Made by a program: the position numbers and the translations under genes. This document shows, piece by piece, positions 1 to 10,100 of a stretch of DNA of 64,000 nucleotides; the stretch's first letter is position 1; the number at the start of each line of letters is the position of its first letter. Where the stretch lies: positions 384,001 through 448,000 of the forward strand of contig OY763927.2 of the NCBI GenBank assembly GCA_963667665.2. The letters run 5' to 3'. Source of the stretch: Nitrosopumilus sp. (GTDB lineage Archaea > Thermoproteota > Nitrososphaeria > Nitrososphaerales > Nitrosopumilaceae). A model generated the notes under the pieces. It worked only from the letters and a program-made list of their open reading frames with translations, ran no database searches and was not told the DNA's origin.

Positions 1-887
1 TTCTCAAAAAATTTATCGAAAAAGTCAGGCATTTTTTCATATTTTTTAATCCAATTTTGTAAGATTCTTTCAAAAATAAATGGATTATAAAGGTATGAAA
101 ATTTTTCTCCAGATTCAAGTTTCTTTGCATGCTTAAATCGTCTTTGAAATAAGAACAAAGACAATATGGACTCGGATGGTGAATCACCTTCTTGTCTATC
201 CATATGACAGTAAATGTTCTCTTCTATAACGTATCTTCCTTGTAAAAACATAAAAAAATATTTGATAATCTTATTCAATCTCAAATACTCTGCATGTGGA
301 AATGATTTTCCATCTTTACTTACTATTCCAAAAGTCACGGTCTGTTCTAATGAAATATCAAAATTACCTTGTGTACTACCATAGGAACCTATGTTGCGAA
401 TTTCTATTTCAAAATCAAAGGATTCGTTCAATGAGCCCTTGATATTAGGAAATTTTTTCAATAGAACGTTATCATCTTTTTTATCTTCATGATTTAGAGT
501 TGCAAACACAGTTGGTTTGTTTAACCATTCACGAAAATTCGAATAAACAAATCTGACTTTGTTAAATACTAATTTTTCATAATCTGTGATTTGCTTGTCA
601 CCTAATACAGCTTCAACTGCGAATGTAGAAGTTCTTGTAATCCCATCACGATTACCGCTAAACATACTTTCCTGAGGAACCAGATTTACAAGGGTACACG
701 AATATGGTTGTCCGTCAACTATTCCTGTTAATATAGAAAATGCTTCATGATCATGTTTGAATGGGAGATTTTTTAAAGTCAAAAAAAGCCCGTTGTTTGG
801 ATCATATGAAAATGAACCTCTATAACCTTCATTTTCTATGAAAAACTCACCTGTTTTTGTAAATGATTTGGATAATTTCATTGACAT
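1..887 (-). CDS. ApeA N-terminal-domain/HEPN-type putative anti-phage protein, 5' part (runs off window start)
   Basis: Not in ORF track, consistent with no stop in the window; frame spot-checked by hand. ATG at 887: MSMKLSKSFTKTGEFFIENEGYRGSFSYDPNNGLFLTL...ILTGIVDGQPYSCTLVN...FERILQNWIKKYEKM. Resembles the ApeA NTD pattern; the HEPN motif would lie outside the window. Confidence 0.6.
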   Translation of the reverse strand, partial: MSMKLSKSFTKTGEFFIENEGYRGSFSYDPNNGLFLTLKNLPFKHDHEAFSILTGIVDGQPYSCTLVNLVPQESMFSGNRDGITRTSTFAVEAVLGDKQITDYEKLVFNKVRFVYSNFREWLNKPTVFATLNHEDKKDDNVLLKKFPNIKGSLNESFDFEIEIRNIGSYGSTQGNFDISLEQTVTFGIVSKDGKSFPHAEYLRLNKIIKYFFMFLQGRYVIEENIYCHMDRQEGDSPSESILSLFLFQRRFKHAKKLESGEKFSYLYNPFIFERILQNWIKKYEKMPDFFDKFFE

Positions 888-1011
888 TGTTTTTACATAT
901 CTAAATTTAATATTAATTGAATTATTATTCAATCTTTACTGAACCCCAAAACACCGACAAATACGCCATATTTTTCGTCTAAAACATCATTAATTGCTAT
1001 GCTTAATCAAA

Positions 1012-1102
1012 ATTGAACTTCAGTAAATATTGAACTTCAGTAAATATTGAACTTCAGTAAATATTGAACTTCAGTAAATATTGAACTTCAATGATTATTG
1101 AA
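1012..1102. repeat. 17-bp-period tandem array of a 16-bp quasi-palindrome TTCA(G/A)T-N4-ATTGAA
   Basis: TTCAGTAAATATTGAA at 1019, 1036, 1053, 1070, each followed by C; variant TTCAATGATTATTGAA at 1087-1102; inverted near-copy at 928-943. Confidence 0.95.
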
Positions 1103-1272
1103 GATAATAATAATAATTAATGTAAATTAATCACAAATAGATCGAACTCACGAAACCGAAGGTAACTGTGATTAAGGACCTGAGAATGGTTCTTAATCTT
1201 TTTAGTTTATTATGATTTTTGGTGCTGTGTCATTGATGGGACATTTTCTTCGTGTTTTCAAGTGGGACATTG

Positions 1273-2184
1273 TTAATCTCGTCCTTTCCACCATCTTCTA
1301 AATAACAATGAGAAAATTGCTCCTGATGGGATTCCTACTATGGTTCCAATACTAATTGTAGGTGCTAAGTAAACATCTCCTATCCATAAACCAGCATTTG
1401 ACCCCCACTCAAAATGAGTTCTAGGTCTAAGTAGTAAAGAAACTGTTTCTGATTCTTCTTTTTCTTTACCTGCATCATCAGTATACTGAACGATTATTGT
1501 AAACGGAATGAATTGTTCATAATCAACATCACCTTGTCCTAAAGTAACAAGTTGGGCACGAATTGATATTGGTGTATCTTTTGGAATTGATGAAAAGGTA
1601 TGCTGTTTTTCTCCTCTGAATATTATTTCTTCTGGAGGTATAATTTGCACAGTTACATCTCGGATATTGGTTCCCTGTCCTTCAATTTCAACAACAAATG
1701 GAAATTCAGCATCAGTGAAAATGGAATCTGGAGTTATGGTTCGTATCACTAATTGTGGTTGATCTGTAACAATGATTGGTATTATTGTATTGTAAAAAAT
1801 GGGGCTGTCTTTCCCACTAGTGAAATTTAAATTGAAAAATTGTTTACCTTGTGTTGCATTATTTGGCACAATAAAGTCAAATGTTTCTCCATAGTATCCA
1901 TCAGGTGCTAATCTGTGAATATCTATTCTATTTTTATCAACAGGAATGAATGATTTTTGCCCATCTATTGTAATAACAATATTTTCTTTTTCAGCAGATG
2001 AAGATGTATTTTTTACAACAAAAGATACTGTGAATTTGTCACCTAAAACAACCGTTACTGGATATGTGATTGTTGCATAACCATACCTTTCAAATTCAAT
2101 ACTAGTAGTCTTACCATAGGCAAAACTTGGAATGAATAGAATACATACTATGACAATTATTATGATTGTTTTATGTTTGAACAT
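1273..2184 (-). CDS. Exported COG1361/S-layer-like Ig-domain protein with C-terminal membrane anchor
   Basis: Signal peptide MFKHKTIIIIVIVCILFIPSFAYG, two beta-rich domains, C-terminal TM followed by RRWWK. Start moved from 2226 to the signal-peptide Met. Confidence 0.7.
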   Translation of the reverse strand: MFKHKTIIIIVIVCILFIPSFAYGKTTSIEFERYGYATITYPVTVVLGDKFTVSFVVKNTSSSAEKENIVITIDGQKSFIPVDKNRIDIHRLAPDGYYGETFDFIVPNNATQGKQFFNLNFTSGKDSPIFYNTIIPIIVTDQPQLVIRTITPDSIFTDAEFPFVVEIEGQGTNIRDVTVQIIPPEEIIFRGEKQHTFSSIPKDTPISIRAQLVTLGQGDVDYEQFIPFTIIVQYTDDAGKEKEESETVSLLLRPRTHFEWGSNAGLWIGDVYLAPTISIGTIVGIPSGAIFSLLFRRWWKGRD

Positions 2185-2500
2185 TTTCTTTGATATTTTG
2201 TAGATTTTTGAATTAAGGTTTTCCATTTATTATTTCCTTGAATCTCAATACCACATAACTCTGCTGGTGTTTTTCCATTTAATCCCATGTGATGTCTTAC
2301 GTAGTTGTGGTAAATCTGACATCCCTCAAAGATCATGGAATCTTTTGTTTTTACTCCTCGCATTACTTACTCGCAAACGGTTGTTTTTTAGCCAATAACC
2401 TATTTTTCAACCATTCTGGGCATGTTATTTTTGGTGTTTCAACCTCTTGCTTCATGTCCATGAGCCTTTGTTGAGCCTGTGATATAGAGACAATATCCCC
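2160..2500 (-). pseudogene. Internally deleted IS6-like transposase
   Basis: C-terminus RGVK...YHNYVRHHMGLNGKTPAELCGIEIQGNNKWKTLIQ parallels the transposase tail at 19772-19950. Upstream is a degenerate Zn ribbon (TCPEW...KQPFASK*C); the DDE core is absent. Confidence 0.8.
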
Positions 2501-2597
2501 GTATTCGACACATAGTCAATACGGAGATTATGCACGATGATCATATATTACACGACTAATCCTTTTTTACCCTAAACTATGTTTTGATTGTGAATTT

Positions 2598-2864
2598 TTG
2601 AAAAACCGTGTGGAATATTGTAAAGTAGGGGATGATAAATGCCCAGATAGAACAGCAGACGACCCAGAGATTGTAAAGTTTGCCAAAGATAATAATTTGA
2701 TTATAGTCACTAAAGACATCAAGATGATTAATGAGTGTAAATTTGAAAGTGTGAAATATATAACAATTAATGATTTAGACTTTGCCAAGAAGATAATAAA
2801 TTATAATTCTGGTTCTGTAACGTTATGGGGATATAGAATGAAATATGGATCTTCTAAGGATTGA
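2598..2864 (+). pseudogene. PIN-like (DUF5615/Mut7-C type) nuclease fragment cut by a transposon end at 2811
   Basis: DDPEIVKFAKDNNLIIVTKD motif; N-terminus missing; last residues encoded by the TIR sequence. Confidence 0.6.
2811..2862 (+). mobile_element. Isolated IS6-like transposon end (copy 1)
   Basis: GGTTCTGTAACGTTATGGGGATATAGAATGAAATATGGATCTTCTAAGGATT shares GGTTCTGTAAC...TGAAATA...GATCTTCTAAGGATT with the left end at 19718. Confidence 0.85.
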
Positions 2865-3006
2865 AAATTTGGCTCTGTCAAACCTGCAGTTGATAAAATA
2901 GATGTAAAGAATCGGTTGATTTAGGTTTGAGCGATACCGTATAATTTCAATAGGTTATACTACAATAATCATGCGTGGAGTGGAAATTTGTATGAATTTA
3001 TCAGAA

Positions 3007-3040
3007 GGTTCTGTAACGTTATGGGGATATAGAATGAAAT
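3007..3040 (+). mobile_element. Isolated IS6-like transposon end (copy 2)
   Basis: 34 bp identical to 2811-2844, same orientation. Confidence 0.85.
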
Positions 3041-3047
3041 GTGAATT

Positions 3048-3509
3048 TTATTTGGATTCTATATTTCTAAGGGTTGTTTGAATACCAAAATCTTTCTTTG
3101 ATTTTGGGGCCTTAACAAAATCTTCCAATGAAGGAAGTTTTGGCACAATTCCATTAAAATAATCCAATATGGAATAAATCTGTAATTTGGGATATTTTTC
3201 TCCCAATGGGGTTTCAAATATTCCTGCTTTTGCAGCTGCTTCTTTCATCTTTCTTGTAGGTTCTCTAAGACAAATAAACACGCCAAGTTCTGCCTTTTCA
3301 CTATCCATAGTTCCAATTAAATCTCTAACCATTCCAGGATTAAGACTATCTCCACCTTTTACAGATACTATAATCTTGGCATCAATTCTATTACCATTCT
3401 TGTCTTTTCCCAACTGGATGAATCCCCTGCCATCAACACCTTTGTCTCCAACCTGTTTTCTGTTTGGCAATACGTTTGGAATCAGTGTTACCGCCCATGC
3501 CTCAAACAT
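3048..3509 (-). pseudogene. C-terminal Mrr-like endonuclease domain of an N4/N6 DNA methyltransferase-REase fusion, 5' truncated
   Basis: FEAWAV...GDKGVDG...IIVSVKGG...VRDLIGTM...GVFICLREPTRKM...YPKLQI pattern; the methyltransferase part is absent. Confidence 0.75.
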
Positions 3510-4452
3510 GGTCTACAACACTGTCGACTCGCCAAATCTCTCAAGTGTTACTGACATGTCCTACATGTTCTCGCACTCCTCCTTCAACGGCGACCTCTCC
3601 AACTGGAATGTCTCATCAGTAACTGACATGTACTACATGTTCTATGGCTCACCCCTCTACGGCGGCATCTCCGGCTGGGACGTCTCATCAGCAACCGACA
3701 TGTCCTACATATTCCTTCACTCACAATTCACCGGCGATCTCTCCGGCTGAGATGTCTCATCAGCAACCGACATGTCCTACATGTTCAGTGACTCACCCTT
3801 CAACGGTAATCTAGGCAACTGGTACATCACACTTGACAACGCGTCAATTGCCGGAATCCCGGGGACGGTCGGAAACATCGCAGCGCAGAACGAGTTCATT
3901 GCAACTCAAGTGTTCACATACGGTATTGGATCCGGTGGCGGCTCGGAACACTTTGGCATAAACGGCACCGAATTGATCCTGATGACTGCTCCTGATGACA
4001 GTCCGGCAACCGTCAACATAACCTCCATCACTGGCGCCAGGGACTTTGGCACATCCAATTCTTGCATATTTGAGATAACTTTCACGCCAATCGCCACCCT
4101 AGACAATATTGCCCCCAGGATTGCATCAATCGAGAGAAGCAGCCCCATAGCCCAAATCACAGACAGCCAGACGCTGATCTACCGTGCGACCTTCAGCGAG
4201 GACGTGATGGGAGTAAATACATCTGACTTTGAATTATCCTCTGACAGTACTGGAGGCAGCGGTACCGGTCCTGTTACCGGCATCTCAGGCTCAGGTAGCG
4301 TATACTATGTGGCAGTCTCTGCTATACGAGACGGGACATACAACATTGATCTGATATCGCCAGGCCACGGCATTGCAGATGCAGCTGGCAACCCTCTGAC
4401 CAATACTTTACCTGTAGGTGCAGACCGCACATACACCGTTACCACCCCCTAA
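3499..4452 (+). pseudogene. BspA/DUF285-repeat surface protein with C-terminal Ig-like module; 5' truncated, internal stop
   Basis: Repeats VTDMSYMF..S.FNGDLS.W.VSS; TGA at 3748-3750 where the repeat has W; ORFs 3187 and 3772 share a frame; last ~120 aa match the giant protein module. Confidence 0.85.
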
Positions 4453-4831
4453 TCGACTACATAGTGCAGGTACACCTCGTCCCCACAGATGCAGATCACA
4501 CGAGACTGTCACCACTGCCATTGCAGACAATGCGCTCCTCCAAGACTACATCAACTTATCTGCAATACTACCATCTCTGACGATGCCAAGACTGTATGTT
4601 GCATTCTGCGGGGCAGGACACCTACATAACACTGATCGCTGTGTGCCTACATACCAATTCCTCTATCCGCTTTGACACTATCATGGGACAGGACAGAGTC
4701 GGCCGTATTCACACCAGTTACTGGCTCTCAAAATGTTGCCCTGAAGAACGTCTTCTGGCCATCGGTGATAACACGAAGAACTGTCTCCGATAACTTGACA
4801 AAACCGGCAAACAGACAAATTTTTTAAATGG

Positions 4832-5182
4832 ATGCTGACAGACATGGTGATGTCTGACAACCTTCAAAAAAGAGCTGCCAAGATGCTGTTGCAGGGTGCA
4901 GCACTGCTTGCAGAACCATGTCCGTACTGCAAGGGGGTCAGGGTAATGAGCAAGGGATATGCGTTGTGCGTCAGCTGTGGCAGCAAGCCTGAAAAAAAGA
5001 CTGTCCCGGCAACGAATTTTGATGATTCTTCTCTGAAAGACATCTTACAGCAAAAGATCAAGTCCCTCTCAAAGGAACTGGAATCTGAATCCGATCATAA
5101 AAAACAGCAGGACATTCTAAAAATGATAAACTCCCTGCTCGATACTGCAAACAAGGTTCAGGACAACTCCCATGCCAATTAA
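4832..5182 (+). CDS. Autoantigen p27 / UPF0148 family Zn-finger protein
   Basis: AAKMLLQGAALLAEPCPYC...LCVSCG plus coiled-coil tail. Confidence 0.85.
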   Translation: MLTDMVMSDNLQKRAAKMLLQGAALLAEPCPYCKGVRVMSKGYALCVSCGSKPEKKTVPATNFDDSSLKDILQQKIKSLSKELESESDHKKQQDILKMINSLLDTANKVQDNSHAN

Positions 5183-5907
5183 TAGGGCAACACCTGTTCT
5201 ATGATGATGATGACGTCCCTGCAGTAAGGATGTTTTAAGGCGTGCAAAAGCATTTTGGTTAAAACAACGACTGATGTTTTACCGTCATCGACTTTTTGTA
5301 ATTGTTGTCTTTACTGTCTTTCGTGTTTTTATCACGTTTTTTGCTCATCGGGTTGGCGCGAGATCCGTGCTCTTTAATCTTTTCGTTGCTTTTGAATTAA
5401 AAATTTGAACAACGCCACATGGCAGCACAAGGGCAAAGGAGACGATGACGCAGACGCAAATTTCTTTTCATGCATAACGACATGAAAGAACAAGAAACTG
5501 GATTAATTGGCAGAGATTGCAAAATACACCTAAAAATGAGTAAAACCATGTGAGCACTTTTGAAAATTATATTGGATTGTGCACAGAACCCAACGGTAGA
5601 GGCGACCAAGCACTTTTCGTGGTCACAGTGTGTCTTGCCTAACACTTGTTGCTTTCTCCAACATCGTCCCACCAAAGAAACATGTGTATGTATCATGGGC
5701 GTGTCTTGCCTAACACTTGATTGCTTCTTCCAATCTTGGGATGTCGCCTGTCAGAGTTATGTTTCTTCTGCCTGTCATATTTTCGTCTAGATCGCCATGC
5801 GCGTCCGCATTATCTGTTGCTATGATCATGCGGCGGTTACGTAATTTGCCATATTCGCATATCGCGTTAGCCAATTCTAAATATCTTTGATCGTCTCTGT
5901 CCTTGAA

Positions 5908-6931
5908 TGTGTTATATAGAAATTAATTCCGCTAGTCATTGACATCCTCTTCCATCCATACGGTTGCTCTTTCTGATCCCTTCTGGCATCTTTTTTGCTA
6001 TGGGGTGCCATCAACGGGGTTTGACCATTCCTGATGTCCAGTGAAAAGTGCGTTCTTTGCTCGTTGTAAAACTTCATGAATTCCTCTACACTATCAAAGT
6101 GCACAAACTCACTTTCAAGCGTTCCAAAGAACCGCTTGAGATTTCCATTGGTCTGGGGGCGGTATGTCTTGGCAGTTATCGGCACGATGTTGTTGGCAAC
6201 GTTTCTCTTCAAACGCGGTGAGCATCCGTCGTCTTTTCGGACATCCAAGCTTTCCTCCTGCAAAGCACTGCCGTTGTCAGAGCATCGGGACAGGTGCATG
6301 GTGTACTGGGATATGGCCTGACGCAGCATCGATGCGGCATTCTCAGACGTTGCGTTCTGGAACACGCTGGCCCCTGTAACGCACCTGGATACATCATCCA
6401 AAAACACTATCAGGTTGAGCCTTTTCAGGTGTGAATCCTTTATCAGGTGCCAGTCCACATGCCACATCGCATTGGAGTACCTGCACGCATACTGCACCTA
6501 CTTACATTTCCTTGATTTTGCAGGGAATGAGACGATCAGTCAGTTGGACTTTATTATCTGGTATATGCGCCGATGACATGTATGGGCCCGAGTTCTTTGC
6601 GATCTGTAGCACACATGCAACCCAAAGCGTGTACATCCGGCATCGCTTTTACTTCTTCAGGTGACAAGATTGACTGGCAGTCCTGGCTTCCTGCAAGTGG
6701 CTCTTGCCGTCATCCCTGCACTCCATCCACAACCGCCAGACGTGCCTAGGTAACTCCAATCTCCTTTGCCACCGTTCTGGCGTCCTTGCCTTGCTCCAAC
6801 TGTCAGATGGCGTATCGTGTGGATCTGTCTGTCAGTTTTGGTTTCATAGTCTCCTCTGATCTGTGCAGTCTAAAGTAGTCTGTCAGCACACGCTTGATTA
6901 CGTTATGGCGACATGATTTCAATACAACACA
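5908..6931 (-). mobile_element. IS481-family element with degraded transposase
   Basis: WHVDW...FLDDVSR...SDNG...PQTNG..KRF...YNEQRTHFSL integrase core; broken HTH N-terminus from ATG ~6848; imperfect TIRs TGTGTTATATAGAAAT / ATTTCAATACAACACA. Confidence 0.8.
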
Positions 6932-7193
6932 ATTGCAACGTGTATGATCAGGTTTGCGCCTGAGAATTGACAAAAGCATCTATAAAATTAGGCTGCGATC
7001 ATTTTAGACTGCATTTATGCGTAAAAAGCATGGCAAATCTGATATGTAAATTCTACGCGAGGAGGTTAAGCAATACATACATATATTTAATAACGAAAAT
7101 TGCAATTGTGAAGATTGATGACTTTTACGCATATATTTTTCAATATTTTGCGCACAAGTTGTTCTGTACCTCCGACATTATCCTCCGAAGAAG

Positions 7194-10100
7194 ATGACGG
7201 TCCTGCTGGCAGCAACGCTGGTAGTCATGCTGGTCATGACGCTTGTGGTAACAGGTGGAGGGGCAGTACTGCACGCAGGCGAGCCCTTGCAGGTGTCTGC
7301 GCTGAACCCAGAGCTGTACCAGCCGGCCGGCACCCCCTGGCCGATTCTGGATCTGGCTACATCTGCGTTGCTGCCAGGATACGCGTTTGCGCAGGTTTCA
7401 GGCAGTGCGCCTCCGACCTTTGATTCATCCGAACTTTACAGTGATACAGGAGTGCTAACAATTATCTTTTCAGAAACAATAGATGTAACACCTACAACAA
7501 ACGTTGTTCCGACCAAGATCCACATAAGAGAGTCAGGCAGTTACACAGGCGGTATAACATTGAGTGCAGGCGAGCTTGGCACTACTGCTGCTGATGGCAC
7601 CGCAATCTCATTTACCCTGACTGCATCACACCGCGCAACAGTTGTAGGACTGGCCACGCCGAAACTGACAATCGAACCTGGAGCGGTACGGGACACGTCT
7701 GGCAACACTATTGAAGGCACGTTTGATATCTCCACTGCCGTTTTTGTTGATTACACTTTAATCAGATCATGGGAATCTCTTCCATCAGGCATGGCATTCT
7801 CAAATGACGGTACCAAGATGTTTGTAGTAGGTACTAGCGGAGACGACATAGACGAATACACGCTGTCTGCTGCCTTTGATGTCTCCACCCTCAGCTTTGT
7901 CAATTCCACCTCCATCTTAAACCAGACCTCTTCTCCATCAGGCATGGCATTCTCAAATGACGGTCTCAAGATGTTTGTAACAGGCTTTAATAATAAAAAC
8001 ATAAACGAATACGCACTGTCTACCGCCTTTGATGCCTCCACCCGCGAATTTGTCCGTGCCAAATTAGTCCAAGTACAGGAAAAGAATCCAACAGGCATGG
8101 CATTTTCAAGTGACGGCCTCAAGATGTTTGTAGTAGGTACTCGCAGCGACGCCATACACGAATACACAATGCCTGCCCCCTTTGATATCTACCGTCGCGA
8201 TTTTGTCCATACCATCTCTGTCGCAACATGGGAAGGTGCTCCACAAGATGTAGCATTCTCAAATGACGGCCTCAAGATGTTTGTAATAGGTAATAGCAAA
8301 GGCGCCATGATAAACGAATATGCACTGTCTACCGCCTTTGATGTCTCCACTGCCGCCCATGCTGGCTCCTTATCCGTCTCATCAGAGGAGACTAGTCCAC
8401 AAGGCATGGCATTCTCAAATGACGGCGCCAAGATGTTTGTAGTGGGTACTAGCGGAGACGACATAAACGAATACACGCTAAACTCCGTCTATCCCATTAC
8501 GGTGACAACCACCAGCGCCACTACCCCCACACTTGCATCAATTCAGCGATATAACCCTGCGACCCAGAATACGAACAGCCAGACACTGATATACAAGGTG
8601 ACCTTTAGCGAAAATGTTACTGGGGTGGATGTATCTGACTTTGCCCTGTCTTCTGACAGTACTGGGGGAACAGGCGGCGGTACCGGCATCTCAGGTTCAG
8701 GTGATGTGTATTATGTAACGGTCTCTGTCACGCAGGACGGGACATACAACCTTGATCTTGTTTCATCAGGTCACGGCATCACCGACGCCGCAGCCAACCC
8801 GCTGATAAACACAACCCCCACCACCGGAATAGACCAGACATACACAGTCAGAATCATACCTCCAGACAACACCGTCCCCACGCTTGTATCAATCCAGAGG
8901 AGCAGTCCTGCCGTCGAAAATACCGGTAGCCAGACATTGGTATATGAAGTGACCTTCAGCGAGGATGTTACTGGGGTGGATGCATCTGATTTTGCCCTGT
9001 CGCCTGGAAGTATTGGAGGGGTAGGAAGCACCAATACTGGCAGCAGCTCTGGACAGTTCATGCAAACGCGATCACCTGCCCTTGCCATACCTGACACGGA
9101 CACAGTCTCTGACACCATCACAGTATCAAATTCCGGGACCGCCACCTCTGTTTACGTCGCAGTGGACATCACGCATGCACACATCGGCGATCTCAAGATA
9201 GACCTCATCGCCCCTGACGGCACTACCAGAACGTTGCACAACTATGAAGGTGGACATGCAAAAGCCATAGACCAGACATACACCCTGTCCTTTGCCGATG
9301 TCTCAATTGCAGGCACTTGGACCCTGCGAATACATGATGGTTTTAATGTCTATCACGGTGTCCTGAACAACTGGACGCTTACGGTCAATTATGGTGATGC
9401 TGCCACCATCCCTGTCACCGGCATATCAGGTTCAGGTGATGTGTACTATGTGACAGTCTTTGCATCAACTAATGGGATATACAACCTTGATCTTGTTTCA
9501 TCAGGTCACGGCATCGCAGATACTGCAAGCAACCCGCTGACCGACACGGATCCCACCGGGGCAGACCAGACATACACTGTCAGCATCACGGTTATAGATA
9601 CCATCTACCCAAGACTTGAGTCAATTGAGCGGTACAATCCCGCATCCCAAAACACGACCAGCCAGACGCTGATCTACATGGCAACCTTCAGCGAGAATGT
9701 CACAGGGGTGGATGCATCTGACTTTATTTTGTCTCCTGACAGTGCCGGGGGAACAGGCGGCGGTAGCAGCCCTGTTACTGAGGTCTCAGGTTCAGATGAT
9801 GTGTACTTTGTGACAGTCTTTGCATCAACTAATGGGATATACAACCTTGATCTTATCTCATCAGGTCACGGCATCGCAGATACTGCAAGCAACCCGCTGA
9901 CCGACACGGATCCCACCGGGGCAGACCAGACATACACTGTCAGCATCACGGTTATAGATACCATCTACCCAAGACTTGAGTCAATTGAGCGGTACAATCC
10001 CGCATCCCAAAACACGACCAGCCAGACGCTGATCTACATGGCAACCTTCAGCGAGAATGTCACAGGGGTGGATGCATCTGACTTTATTTTGTCTCCTGAC

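Noticed and set aside
1012-1102. Possible mini-CRISPR (repeats contain ATTGAA)
   Set aside because: Units abut with no spacers, and no cas genes are present.
3187-3498. N-terminal half of ORF 3187-3750
   Set aside because: Antisense shadow of the Mrr-domain fragment.
3748-3750. TGA as Trp or Sec recoding in the DUF285 gene
   Set aside because: Other repeats use TGG, TGA ends normal genes here, and the gene is already truncated; a nonsense mutation is simpler.
5397-5790. Short ORFs and the direct repeat GTGTCTTGCCTAACACTTG (two copies)
   Set aside because: No recognisable protein or element; probably decayed sequence.
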